IMG/VR virus record: IMGVR_UViG_3300045996_000607
Span: 1 to 64,000 of that record
Direction: 5' to 3' (one strand)
DNA: 64,000 bases
Source of the DNA: a virus
Below the pieces are notes generated by a model. The model was not told the DNA's origin, ran no database searches, and saw nothing but the letters and a program-made list of their open reading frames with translations. Both the position numbers and the translations under genes were made by a program. Numbering within the stretch: position 1 is the stretch's first letter; each line of letters opens with the position of its first letter. Below are positions 27,449 to 36,881 of this stretch, in pieces.

Positions 27449-28015
27449 TTAGAGGTCGGTCACTTTTTTGCGGACTCGACCGATTACCTCGATGGGTTCT
27501 TCGCCAAGGTAGATCGCCTTATGCTCGTCGCTGGTCGAGCAGGGCTCAAGGCGCGCGGGCGCTTCCATGTACCGCTTGAAGGTGGTTTCCCCCTCGCTGT
27601 TGCGGATCACATAGAGCTTGCCTGCGACCAGGTGCCGATCGCGCGGCTCAACGATGATGTCCTCGCCCTCGCGCGCAATCAGATCCATGGAGTTGCCCGA
27701 CACGCGAACGACAAAAGCGTCCTCGCTTAGACCGGCGTCCGGGCTGGGCATCCAGCCAATCACGCTTTCGAAGCCTTCGCGCCATGCGCCCGCAGCGACC
27801 AATCCGACGATCGGAAGCCGCCGCGAAGGCGGCAGTGCCGCAGGGTCGGTGACGCCCAGAAACCGGCGCAACAGATCCGTCTCCGCGGCCGTAAGCTTGC
27901 GGGTTCCCTTGAGCACCTTGGAGAACTTGTCAGGCGTGAGGCCAAGCACCTCCGCAGCATCCTTCTGCTTGGTGCCTCGCTCTTTGAGGAGCGCCCTAAT
28001 GCCTTCGCCGTCCAT
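27449..28015 (-). CDS. cI: CI-like repressor (HTH plus S24 peptidase)
   Basis: KQKDAAEVLGLT HTH; VAAG cleavage site; VSGNSM and TFKRY catalytic Ser/Lys; start reassigned to 28015. Confidence 0.9.
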   Translation of the reverse strand: MDGEGIRALLKERGTKQKDAAEVLGLTPDKFSKVLKGTRKLTAAETDLLRRFLGVTDPAALPPSRRLPIVGLVAAGAWREGFESVIGWMPSPDAGLSEDAFVVRVSGNSMDLIAREGEDIIVEPRDRHLVAGKLYVIRNSEGETTFKRYMEAPARLEPCSTSDEHKAIYLGEEPIEVIGRVRKKVTDL

Positions 28016-28034
28016 AGCGGCATCAAAATCAAAC

Positions 28035-28098
28035 TCGCGATCATAGCAATTGCCGATATCGCAAGTTTTTCCTTGCATTGAAATTGCGATTGTCGCAA
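28035..28098. promoter_or_regulatory. OR-like operators between cI and cro
   Basis: TTGCCGataTCGCAA 28050..28064, TTGCGAttgTCGCAA 28084..28098, degenerate site 28035..28049. Confidence 0.85.
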
Positions 28099-28108
28099 CT
28101 TGCGGGGT

Positions 28109-28336
28109 ATGGAAACCCGCGCCGCTGATCTGATCGACGCCCTTGGGGGCACGTCCGCCGTAGCTCGAATGACGGAGGCACCAACCTCCACCGTCCATAG
28201 CTGGCGGAAGAACGGGATACCGCAATCCCGGCTCGCGCATCTGAGGCTGGTAGCTCAAGTTGCGAAACCCGAGCTGGATTTTGACGCACTCGCGGTTGGC
28301 GTTCTGCCAACTGATATTGAAGCGAGAGCGGCATGA
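28109..28336 (+). CDS. cro: Cro-like HTH regulator
   Basis: IDALGGTSAVAR...STVHSWRKNGIP; divergent from cI. Confidence 0.85.
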   Translation: METRAADLIDALGGTSAVARMTEAPTSTVHSWRKNGIPQSRLAHLRLVAQVAKPELDFDALAVGVLPTDIEARAA

Positions 28337-28738
28337 TCCGCATTCGAGTGAGCGCCTTTCATCTCGACCGCACTCCCAAATGTGGGCACGGGCGCGTGTA
28401 CTGCGCGGCTTGCGGGTTTAACCCTTTTGAGCAGAGCCGGGGCAATATTGAGCGCTCGACAATAACCCATGTCAATGGGCCAGCGACAACAAATGATGGT
28501 TGTTCAGTAGTTTCCCTTACCGACCTGAGAGACTGCAACTCAAACAGCGCTGTCATCTGCGACGAGCATTCAAAGGCGGTGCTGTCGTGACGTACCCCGG
28601 CCAGCGCCCCACCCCCTACGTCGCCCCCCGTCATCGCCGCCGCCGCGTGCCGTGGCTCGCGATCATCTGGCTGTCTGCGTTGGTTGCATGGCCGGTCGTG
28701 GAGATCGCGGTGGACTGGTTCTCGCGCGGTGGTGCGCT

Positions 28739-29353
28739 GTGAGCGCTTGGGAAGCCCCCGGCGCCACTGACGAGTGGTATACGCCCAAGGCCGTCTTCGA
28801 CGCGCTCGGGTGCGACTTCGACATGGATGTCGCTGCGCCCATGTGCATCCCCAGCTACATCGGCGATCGACTGCGCTGCACGACGCCGAGCGGTGGTCGC
28901 CGCTGGCTGTGGAAAGACAGCCTCGGAACCGAGTGGTCGGGCTTCGTCTGGATGAACCCACCCTTCGGCGGTCGCAACGGTCTGGTCCCGTGGCTCGACA
29001 AGTTCTTCCAGCACGCCAACGGCATCGCGCTCGTTCCGGACCGCACCAGTGCGCTGTGGTTCTGGGATGCATGGCTCAAGGCCGATGCTGTCCTGTTCAC
29101 CCGCAAGATCCGCTTCCTCCGCCCCGACGGCACGGAAGGCAGACAGCCCAGCTGCGGCACCGCATTGCTCGCTGTCGGTCCTCAGGGTGTCCGCGCTCTC
29201 AACCGTGCCGCCGATTCCGGTTTCGGCATCCTCGCAACACCCTGCCCGCCAATGCGCCACGACACCACCGACCACCGCCTCCACACGGGCGGCAACTTCC
29301 TCGGGGCTGATCAGGGCGGCGGGTTCATTCATCTTGGGAGTGCTTGTAAGTGA
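28739..29353 (+). CDS. Phage DNA N6-adenine methyltransferase
   Basis: DEWYTP, FDMDVAA, VWMNPPFG, GIALVPDRTS. Confidence 0.85.
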   Translation: MSAWEAPGATDEWYTPKAVFDALGCDFDMDVAAPMCIPSYIGDRLRCTTPSGGRRWLWKDSLGTEWSGFVWMNPPFGGRNGLVPWLDKFFQHANGIALVPDRTSALWFWDAWLKADAVLFTRKIRFLRPDGTEGRQPSCGTALLAVGPQGVRALNRAADSGFGILATPCPPMRHDTTDHRLHTGGNFLGADQGGGFIHLGSACK

Positions 29354-29826
29354 GCAACTGCAGCAATGATGTCCAAAGCTCGCCCGTCGTGTCGGACGAA
29401 CGTTTGCGGGACATTCTCCGCAAGGATCTCCACCGCGCGTTCAACGTGGACCACACGTTCACGCGCAAATCGTTGGCCGAAGATAGCGGCGTAAACATCT
29501 ACCAGATCGACCAGATCATGTCGCGCGACGCTGGGAAAAAGCGTCGGGTCGCCATTGAGGACGCGTTCTCGCTGGCCCTCTCTCTGGGAGATCGCACGAT
29601 CGGGAAACTGATCGCGGCGCTAGGTTATGTCGGCCAGCCCGCAGACGAAGTCGTTCACAGCCAGCCGATGCAAATCGTGGCGAACGGCATGAAGCACTTC
29701 GCTATCATCGCCAACGCTGCCGCTGACAACCGCATCGACCACACGGAAGAGCGCATCACCACGGAAGCAGCGGATGCGCTGATTGCGGAGATCCTGCCGC
29801 TGTCGAGCGCGGGGAAGTCGGCATGA
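29350..29826 (+). CDS. CII-like regulatory protein
   Basis: HTH-like N-half, C-terminal ADNRIDHTE; located after cro. Confidence 0.55.
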   Translation: MSNCSNDVQSSPVVSDERLRDILRKDLHRAFNVDHTFTRKSLAEDSGVNIYQIDQIMSRDAGKKRRVAIEDAFSLALSLGDRTIGKLIAALGYVGQPADEVVHSQPMQIVANGMKHFAIIANAAADNRIDHTEERITTEAADALIAEILPLSSAGKSA

Positions 29827-30518
29827 GCGGCGTTGTCCTCTCACTGTTCCCGGGAATAGGCCTGTTGGATCAAGCCTTCGAGGAAGAGGGCTTTTGCGTC
29901 GTTCGCGGTCCCGATCTGCTGTGGGGCGGCGATATATGCGCCTTCCATCCCCCTGCGGGGGTCTTCGCCGGCATTATCGGCGGACCTCCCTGCCAAAGCT
30001 GGTCGGGGCTCGGGAACGTCAATCGTGCCCGGTGGGGCGACCAATGCATGATGCCCGACCGCATCCCGGAGTTCGCCCGGTGTGTGAATGAGGCCCAGCC
30101 TTACTGGTATCTCATGGAGAACGTCGCGGCTGCACCGGCTCCGGACACCCCGGGCTATTCGTCGGTGCAGCGTCTTTGCAACAACCGGTGGTGTGGCGGC
30201 GAGCAAAACCGCGAGAGGAAGTTCACCTTCGGCGCTCGCGTAGCCGTGGACGCCTTCCACATCGACGGAGAGGCCCTGCTCCCGGGGAATTACAAGCCGG
30301 CCGTCATCAGCAGCGGGCAAGCCGGGAAAGGCGGCCACCGTGCCTCGATCGCCGACATGGCGAGGGACCAAGGATTAGACGCAGGCCGGTTCGTCAACAG
30401 CCCGTTCACGACCACAGAGCTTCGCCGCGCGATAGCGAACGGGGTGCCGATTCCGATGGGCCGCGCCGTTGCCCGAGCCGTCAATCGCTCATTGGCTCAG
30501 CATAGGGCCGCAGCATGA
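29823..30518 (+). CDS. DNA cytosine-5 methyltransferase (compact)
   Basis: LSLFPGIG, GGPPCQ, MENV, Q.RER, IANGV motifs. Confidence 0.9.
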   Translation: MSGVVLSLFPGIGLLDQAFEEEGFCVVRGPDLLWGGDICAFHPPAGVFAGIIGGPPCQSWSGLGNVNRARWGDQCMMPDRIPEFARCVNEAQPYWYLMENVAAAPAPDTPGYSSVQRLCNNRWCGGEQNRERKFTFGARVAVDAFHIDGEALLPGNYKPAVISSGQAGKGGHRASIADMARDQGLDAGRFVNSPFTTTELRRAIANGVPIPMGRAVARAVNRSLAQHRAAA

Positions 30519-31045
30519 CCGCCTCACCAGACTGGCGGGTCTACCACGCCCACATGCTCCACTGCGCCCGTCAGGCGAAGAAGCCCGTAGTCAAGGCGAT
30601 GTGGCTGAACGGTGCCGCTCGAGCACGTCGCGAGATGCAGAAGGCCAAGACGCCGGTGCAGGGGAGCTTGTTCGCATGAGCCCCGTCGCAGCACCCGGCA
30701 TCTACGCGCGCACGGCGGAGCGCTTTCCGTACCTCTCGCACCGCACGGTTGACGAGACCGGATACAGCTCCGGCGACCTGTTCTGCACCCCTGATCACGT
30801 CAGCACCGTCCCTATCCTGATCGGCTTCGGGGCGCCTGACTGCTGGGAATTCCGCTTCATCATTCCGGGAGATGGCCGATGAGCCCTGACCTTGGCCGCC
30901 GTGAACGGATGGTGGCGATGTACCGCCGCGGTCTCGGCACGGAAGAAATCGCCGAGCAATTCAGTGTCCGGACGCCAGCCGTTCGACAGGCTCTGATCCG
31001 CGCCGGCGTCTACCAAACACCCTGCATCGCACAACGGAGGAAGGG

Positions 31046-31609
31046 ATGACGCGCACCTGTCTCGATTGCTCGGGCACGATCAGTACGCGCAACCAGTCTG
31101 GGCGCTGCAGACGGTGCGTGATGCTGCACATGCAAGCCGATGCCGCCGTAGCTGCGCGTCGCCTTGCGAAGCTCAAATCCCCGGAAACGCGCGCGAAGAA
31201 GTCGGCTGCGGCCAGGCGAGCTGTGGCTGAAGGCAGGAACAATCCCGCTTGGGTAGAGAAGAAGCGGGCGTCCGGGGTCGGGCTCCAAAAGCTTCTCCAC
31301 GGTTCCCCTGAGGCTAGGGCGCGGTGGCTGTCTGCGCGCGCGCGCCGGCTAGACTGGTGCCCCGCAGACCGGATGGAAGAGTATCGCGCCCTGCGCAAGA
31401 AGATCGGGGCGGGCGAGGCAAAGCGCCTGATCCTCGCCGACGTTGCCGCGAAGATCGCCGCGACCGAAGCCCGCCGCGTAGATGCGCTAACACCGCTTCA
31501 ACGTCAGCTTGAGCGCCTACATGCAGGCGCGGCCCTTATCGAGAGGCCAAGCTTCCGCCGTGCTGACCACGCTTTCACACTAGGCGGTATCGCCTCGGGG
31601 TTGCTGTGA
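31046..31609 (+). CDS. Hypothetical basic protein with N-terminal zinc finger
   Basis: CLDC...CRRC; RBS aggaaggg. Confidence 0.6.
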   Translation: MTRTCLDCSGTISTRNQSGRCRRCVMLHMQADAAVAARRLAKLKSPETRAKKSAAARRAVAEGRNNPAWVEKKRASGVGLQKLLHGSPEARARWLSARARRLDWCPADRMEEYRALRKKIGAGEAKRLILADVAAKIAATEARRVDALTPLQRQLERLHAGAALIERPSFRRADHAFTLGGIASGLL

Positions 31610-31739
31610 TGGCTACGCTCGAGCTCACCACCGATCATATCGCGGCGTACATCGACGCACGCCTCGCGGCGCGCAAGCTGCTTCGTGAGGACCGCCAGCG
31701 TGCAGCTCGCAAGGGCGTCGAGACGCGGAGGGCGCACGC

Positions 31740-32192
31740 ATGAACGCGCCGTGGCCCTTGCTCGAGGCGGGCATCATCACGCTCACCGTACCCGGTGTGC
31801 CGGTCGCCAAGGGTCGCCCGAAGCTGACGACACGTGGCAAGTTCGCCCGTGCCTACACGCCGGCCAAGACGCGCCGCTACGAGGATCTGATCAAGATCGC
31901 CGCAGCGGATGTGATGCAGGACTGTCCGCCGATCGAAGGCGCGCTGCTGCTCACCGTCACCGCCTATGTCCCCATGCCCAAGTCGCTGTCCAAGAAGGCA
32001 CGTCTGGAGGCTCTGGAGGGCATCAGGAAGCCGGTCACCCGCCCCGATGCCGACAACTACGCCAAGGCCGCGCTGGATGGCTGCAACGGCGTCCTGTTCC
32101 GCGATGACAGCCAGGTCACCGACCTGATCGTCCGCAAGCGGTATTCCGAGCGTCCGCGGCTCGTCATCACACTGGAGCTCGATGCGCAATGA
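31740..32192 (+). CDS. rusA: RusA-family Holliday junction resolvase
   Basis: PGVPVAKGRP, YTP..T..YE, RPDADNYAKAALDG.NG....DDSQV. Confidence 0.92.
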   Translation: MNAPWPLLEAGIITLTVPGVPVAKGRPKLTTRGKFARAYTPAKTRRYEDLIKIAAADVMQDCPPIEGALLLTVTAYVPMPKSLSKKARLEALEGIRKPVTRPDADNYAKAALDGCNGVLFRDDSQVTDLIVRKRYSERPRLVITLELDAQ

Positions 32193-32863
32193 GCCGCTGG
32201 TTTCGCCATTATGCCGGGCTCGCCCGCGACGACAAGCTGGTCCGTGTTTCGATCAAATCGAAGCAATCCGTCGAGCGCGTCGTGTGGGTCTGGATCGCAA
32301 TTTTGGAGAGCGCAGCCGAGATTGATGACGGTGGGCGCTTCGAGGTCGAAAAAGAGGAAATCGCCCGCTTCCTTCGATGCCCTGCCAGCAAGGTTGCCGC
32401 CGTTATTTCCGGTTTGGAGGACATCGGACGCCTCTCGGAGGGGAAAGTGGCAAAATGGGCGTCACGCCAGTTCCAAAGTGACCGTTCCGCAGCACGCACC
32501 AAGGCGTATCGCGAACGTCACCGTGACGGCGATGTGACGTCACAAGAACGTCGCAGTGACGCACCAGATAACAGAGACAGAGTACAGAGTTCCGAAGATA
32601 AATCTTCGGGCACGGTCGTGCCGCTTGTCGATCCTGAAAAGGTGATGTTCGACACTGGCCTTCGCTATCTCGCCGGCTGCGGCATTCCCGAAAGCAAGGC
32701 GCGTCCACAGCTCGGCAAATGGCGGCGGGATCATGGCGCCGGCGCGGTCATCGAGGCCCTCGGCGCAGCGCAGCGGCAGGGCGTGGTCGACCCCATGGGC
32801 TGGATCGAAGGGCGGTGGCGGACCGAGAGGCAGAGCGCGCGGCAGCCGGTGGTCCCCCTATGA
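32189..32863 (+). CDS. Replication initiator-like protein
   Basis: MSRWFRHY...D.KL, W..RQ..SD.S..R...YR; upstream of the helicase. Confidence 0.65.
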   Translation: MSRWFRHYAGLARDDKLVRVSIKSKQSVERVVWVWIAILESAAEIDDGGRFEVEKEEIARFLRCPASKVAAVISGLEDIGRLSEGKVAKWASRQFQSDRSAARTKAYRERHRDGDVTSQERRSDAPDNRDRVQSSEDKSSGTVVPLVDPEKVMFDTGLRYLAGCGIPESKARPQLGKWRRDHGAGAVIEALGAAQRQGVVDPMGWIEGRWRTERQSARQPVVPL

Positions 32864-33375
32864 TCCACTGGAACCCGACGCGAGAGGGCAAGCAAACGTG
32901 CCCCGAATGCAGCGACAAGCGGAAACACAAGAAAGACAGGTGCTTGAGTGTCACACGAACCGACGAGGGATATGTCTGGTACTGCCACCACTGCCAGTTC
33001 GCAGGCGGCACCGGCAATGCATCCGAAGCACGCGGCATGGATCGAAGCCCGCGGGATTTCCGCCGGGCTGGCAGCAAAGCTTGGGCTGGAGACAGTCGAC
33101 CGATCCGGCGCGAAGTGGTTGGCGGTTCCCTACGTGGAGCACGGCCGGACGGTGAACCACAAGTATCGGCTCACCTCCGAGAAGCGCCACATGATGGACC
33201 CGGACGCGCCGCTGGTGCTCTGGAACCTCGACGGGCTGGAACGGGCAGCCGAGACTGGTCAACCATGGGTTCTCTGCGAGGGCGAGTGGGATGCGATGGT
33301 GGCGCTCGATCTGGGCTGGGACGCCAGCTCGGTTCCCAACGGGGCGCCCTCCACGGAGAGCGACGACCCGGCTAA
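32860..33375 (+). CDS. Primase zinc-binding domain in a separate frame from the primase-helicase
   Basis: CPECS..RK.K..RCLSV.....VWYCHHC in the first 50 aa; remainder looks like off-frame read-through. Confidence 0.65.
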   Translation: MIHWNPTREGKQTCPECSDKRKHKKDRCLSVTRTDEGYVWYCHHCQFAGGTGNASEARGMDRSPRDFRRAGSKAWAGDSRPIRREVVGGSLRGARPDGEPQVSAHLREAPHDGPGRAAGALEPRRAGTGSRDWSTMGSLRGRVGCDGGARSGLGRQLGSQRGALHGERRPG

Positions 33376-34453
33376 TGCCAAGCGCTACGAGTTTCTGTGG
33401 CGGGCTCGCGACCAGATAAACCGGGTATCGCGGATCGTTCTCGCGGTCGATGACGACGCAGCCGGCAAGGCACTGCGCGCGGACCTGATTGCGCTGCTCG
33501 GCGCCGATCGCTGCAGCTTCGTGGAGTACCCGTTCCCTGCCAAGGATCTGAACGAAGTCCTGCTCGAGCATGGCGCCGATGCGGTTCACAAGGCGCTGCG
33601 CGAAGCCAAGCCGGTCCCGGTCGAAGGCCTTTATCGGCTCAGCGACTTCCCCGACATGCCCGAGGTTCGCGGTATCCCGCTCGGCATCGACGCGCTGGAT
33701 GGCAAGATCGAGATCGTGGCCGGCACCCTCACGGTGTTCACCGGCTATGCCAACATGGGCAAGACGACCGTGACGAACACGATTGTAGCCCATGCCATCA
33801 TGCGCGGGTTCAACGTGTGCCTTGGCAGCTTCGAAACGCTTCCCAAGCCGATCCTTCGCGACCAGCTCGCACAGGCGCTCATCGGCTGCTCGCGCTACGA
33901 GTTCGCCGGGCATCCTCAACGCAAGGCGGCATACGAGACGCTGGAGAGGCAGATCCGCATCATCAGCAATTCGCTGAACGAGGATCTGGAGATCGACATC
34001 AACGGCCTGCTTGAGCTCGCTCGCACTGCCGCAGTTCGCGACGGGTGCAAGCTGTTCATCTTCGACCCCTGGAACGAGGTCGAGCACAAGCGCCGCGGCG
34101 ATGAGACTGTTACCGAGTATGTCGGCCGCGCCATTCGCGCAGTGAAGCGCTTTGCCCGGATGCACAACGTCGCGGTCTGGATCGTGGCGCACCCGACCAA
34201 GCCGCAGAAGGGCGTCAACCAGATGCCCAGCCTGTACGACGTCTCGGACTCCGCGAATTGGTCGAACAAGGCCGATTACGGGCTGGTCTATCACCGCAAG
34301 GACAAGACCAGGAACGAGGCCCAGCTTGCCGTCGTGAAGGTCCGCATGGGCCTCCCGGGCGAGTGCTGCTGCGAGACGGTGTTTCTGGATCAGCGCACGG
34401 GCCGGATTGCCGGTTCGCACCCCCTCCCCGACAGCATGAAGGAACAGGCATGA
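33017..34453 (+). CDS. Twinkle/T7 gp4-like TOPRIM primase plus SF4 helicase
   Basis: CEGEWDA, SVPNGA, AVDDD.AG, KDLNE, Walker A GYANMGKT, FDPWN, VAHP.K. Confidence 0.9.
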   Translation: MHPKHAAWIEARGISAGLAAKLGLETVDRSGAKWLAVPYVEHGRTVNHKYRLTSEKRHMMDPDAPLVLWNLDGLERAAETGQPWVLCEGEWDAMVALDLGWDASSVPNGAPSTESDDPANAKRYEFLWRARDQINRVSRIVLAVDDDAAGKALRADLIALLGADRCSFVEYPFPAKDLNEVLLEHGADAVHKALREAKPVPVEGLYRLSDFPDMPEVRGIPLGIDALDGKIEIVAGTLTVFTGYANMGKTTVTNTIVAHAIMRGFNVCLGSFETLPKPILRDQLAQALIGCSRYEFAGHPQRKAAYETLERQIRIISNSLNEDLEIDINGLLELARTAAVRDGCKLFIFDPWNEVEHKRRGDETVTEYVGRAIRAVKRFARMHNVAVWIVAHPTKPQKGVNQMPSLYDVSDSANWSNKADYGLVYHRKDKTRNEAQLAVVKVRMGLPGECCCETVFLDQRTGRIAGSHPLPDSMKEQA

Positions 34454-34788
34454 GCGAACTAGCTTCAGCCGAGTGGCCGTTTAGCGGTCTGACAAACGCG
34501 GAGATCGAGCGCCTCGACATGCTTTCGGAGGAGGCCGCGGAAATCATCGTGGCGGTGTCCAAGATCAAACGGCACGGTCCGTACAGCTACAACCCGGACA
34601 AGCCCGACGATGGCGACAACGCGGCCCAGCTGAACAGCGAGATATCAGACTTGTTCGGGGTGTTGCTCGGAATGGCAGAGGCCGGGGACCCATTTCATGT
34701 CGGCAGCATCGCCCAGCATCGCGCAGCTTGGACGAAAAAACTTCGGTACTCACACCATCAGGAGAACGCCCGTGCCCATGTATCGTAA
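34450..34788 (+). CDS. MazG-like nucleotide pyrophosphohydrolase
   Basis: LSEEAAEII.A.SKI.RHG...L.SEISD. Confidence 0.65.
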   Translation: MSELASAEWPFSGLTNAEIERLDMLSEEAAEIIVAVSKIKRHGPYSYNPDKPDDGDNAAQLNSEISDLFGVLLGMAEAGDPFHVGSIAQHRAAWTKKLRYSHHQENARAHVS

Positions 34789-35035
34789 AACCGCGCTCGT
34801 TGAAGCTGAGCAGTTCTTGCCGAGCGAAGGCAAAATCCCCGCTGGTGTTATCTCTGACGGCCTCGGCGACCCACTCAAGGACAACCGCTTTTCGTTCGTG
34901 CTCCAAACGCTGGAAGGTCAACACACCCTCCGCAACGGGGATTACATCTGCACCGGGCCCGCTGGCGAAAAGTGGAACGTCGAGCGCAGCATCTTCGAGG
35001 CGACCTATGAGCTAGCTGCGGACACCCCCGCATGA
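34778..35035 (+). CDS. Conserved phage protein, PGDYG-like
   Basis: YRK...VEAEQF...TLEG......GDYI..G..GE.W......FEATYE. Confidence 0.7.
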   Translation: MYRKTALVEAEQFLPSEGKIPAGVISDGLGDPLKDNRFSFVLQTLEGQHTLRNGDYICTGPAGEKWNVERSIFEATYELAADTPA

Positions 35036-35670
35036 CCGCCATCATCGCAGCAATCGTGGCGAGAGTAGCATGAGCATCCTCTGCCGCTTCGGCATCCATC
35101 GCTACGGCGAGCCCACCTACGACGGCCCGTACAACCTTGGCGACGGCTTCGAGCGGACATTCGGAAACATGCTCATGATCGAGAAGTGCACGCGCTGCCC
35201 GAAGAAGCGGACCACGCGGTTCTATCTGCCGGTGCTGGCTTCATGGAACAGGAGGAAGGGGTGAGCGAGATGGAGTGGTTCTTCGACTGCCCGCAATGTG
35301 GGCACATCGGCACCATGGCAGACATGCGCGAGCACCCTACTCGCCCAGTCGCAATGGACCTTGGCTTCTGCCCGAAATGCGGAGGCGAGATCGAGGAGTT
35401 GATCTCTGAGGATCAGGTTCGCGCGCTGATGATCGAGTATGGCGACGATCCTGATGCCGAGATGGCCGCGATCAAAGCCAACCCCCGCAAACCACCGGCG
35501 CAGGAGTGAGTGATGGCGCGTAAACTAGGCGGCTCTAGGCCGGTCACGCTCCGAAATGCCTCAAAACTGCCCAACGCAGGCCACTGGACGCGATTTGAGG
35601 GTGAAGTGGGACAATCCCTCACAATCAGCGCGAACACGCCACACGGGCTTTAAAATCGAAAGGACGGGAT

Positions 35671-36216
35671 ATGGGTCGCCACGCAAAGCGCAAGCCGATG
35701 AAAGCCAAGGGTCCGCCCGTTGTCATGGTGACGGGTATCGACGCGACTCCGGAACGCCTCGCCAAGGACCCGGACAACGACATCGTGCCGGCCGGCATCG
35801 AGAAGCTTGGCGAGCGGCAGGGCAAGGCGCGGCAGTTCCGCGCCACGCACCTCGATCGCCTGCACAAGTCGGGCAACCTGAGCTACCTGCAGTGGTACGC
35901 CGGCAACGTGTACCGCGAGACGCATGCCCGCTGCCATTTCGCGCTGTCGGTGGTCGCCAGCTACGGCGAGCGCTCCGGGGCAGCCGAACACCCGGGCAAC
36001 TTCGGCTTCGGGTTGCCACGGCAGGAAGCGCAGGTCAGGGCACGCGACCAGATGCGGCTGATGCGCAGCGAGTTTCCCCGTGAGCTGCAGGGGTTCATGG
36101 ACCGTCTGCTGATCCATGACAGCATGCCGCGCTATGCCGGACGGGCCGCAATGCGGAACATGGCCGAGATCCGCAAAGGGCTGGATGCACTCGCGTTGTA
36201 TCTGCGCTTGACGTGA
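35671..36216 (+). CDS. Putative late-gene regulator (Q-position protein)
   Basis: Last early gene, followed by promoter-like sequence and terminator before terminase. Confidence 0.45.
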   Translation: MGRHAKRKPMKAKGPPVVMVTGIDATPERLAKDPDNDIVPAGIEKLGERQGKARQFRATHLDRLHKSGNLSYLQWYAGNVYRETHARCHFALSVVASYGERSGAAEHPGNFGFGLPRQEAQVRARDQMRLMRSEFPRELQGFMDRLLIHDSMPRYAGRAAMRNMAEIRKGLDALALYLRLT

Positions 36217-36267
36217 CCGGAAAATTCGGGCATGGAATCCCACAAGTTGGCGAATTGCGCCAATAAG

Positions 36268-36290
36268 GGCTCGCTTCGGCGGGCCTTTTT
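36268..36290 (+). terminator. Intrinsic terminator (tR'-like)
   Basis: ggctcgc-ttcg-gcgggcc followed by ttttt. Confidence 0.85.
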
Positions 36291-36401
36291 CGTTTCAGCG
36301 CGCGTCCCCTGCGCTGACCCCGCCCGACCCCGATCCGCAGACGCACTGATGCACCAGCTGCGCGAAGGCCGTCGGGCGGGACATATTCGAGGAGCATTGG
36401 C

Positions 36402-36566
36402 ATGGTTAGCCTTCTGATCACGCTGCTGGTCGCAATCCTCATCGTGGCCGTGCTGTTCTACGCCGTCGACTTGCTCGGCATGGACGGGCGCCTGTCGAAC
36501 CTGCTGAAGCTTGTCGTGATCGTGCTCGCACTGGTCGTCGTGCTTCAGCGGAGCGGTGTGGTCTGA
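36402..36566 (+). CDS. 54-aa two-TM membrane protein
   Basis: RBS gaggag; MVSLLITLLVAILIVAVLFYAVDLLGMDG...; below ORF-track cutoff. Confidence 0.7.
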   Translation: MVSLLITLLVAILIVAVLFYAVDLLGMDGRLSNLLKLVVIVLALVVVLQRSGVV

Positions 36567-36569
36567 GCC

Positions 36570-36881
36570 ATGCCTGTCTTCGATGCGGACAACCAGCCTG
36601 AGAACAAGGGAAATGCCGGCAAAGGCCGCCCCAAGGGCTCGGTCAACAAGGCCACCAAGGCGATCAAGGAGATGATCCTTCAGGCGCTGGACGAGGCGCA
36701 CCCTGATGGTGGCGTCGCGTACCTGAAGAAGCAGGCCAACGAGCAGCCGGTCGCGTTTATGGGTTTGCTCGCCAAGGTGATGCCGACGCAGGTTGAGGGC
36801 GCGGGAGAAAACGGCGAACACCTCATCCATACGATCGTGCGCGAAGTTGTCCGGCCGAACGCTCAGCATACCGACAGCTGA
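36570..36881 (+). CDS. terS: Terminase small subunit
   Basis: GRPKGSVNK.T..IKEMI..AL; upstream of terL. Confidence 0.7.
   Translation: MPVFDADNQPENKGNAGKGRPKGSVNKATKAIKEMILQALDEAHPDGGVAYLKKQANEQPVAFMGLLAKVMPTQVEGAGENGEHLIHTIVREVVRPNAQHTDS

Noticed and set aside
28016-28258. N-terminal extension of CI in the ORF track
   Set aside because: Overlaps the operators and cro; the HTH begins at Met 28015
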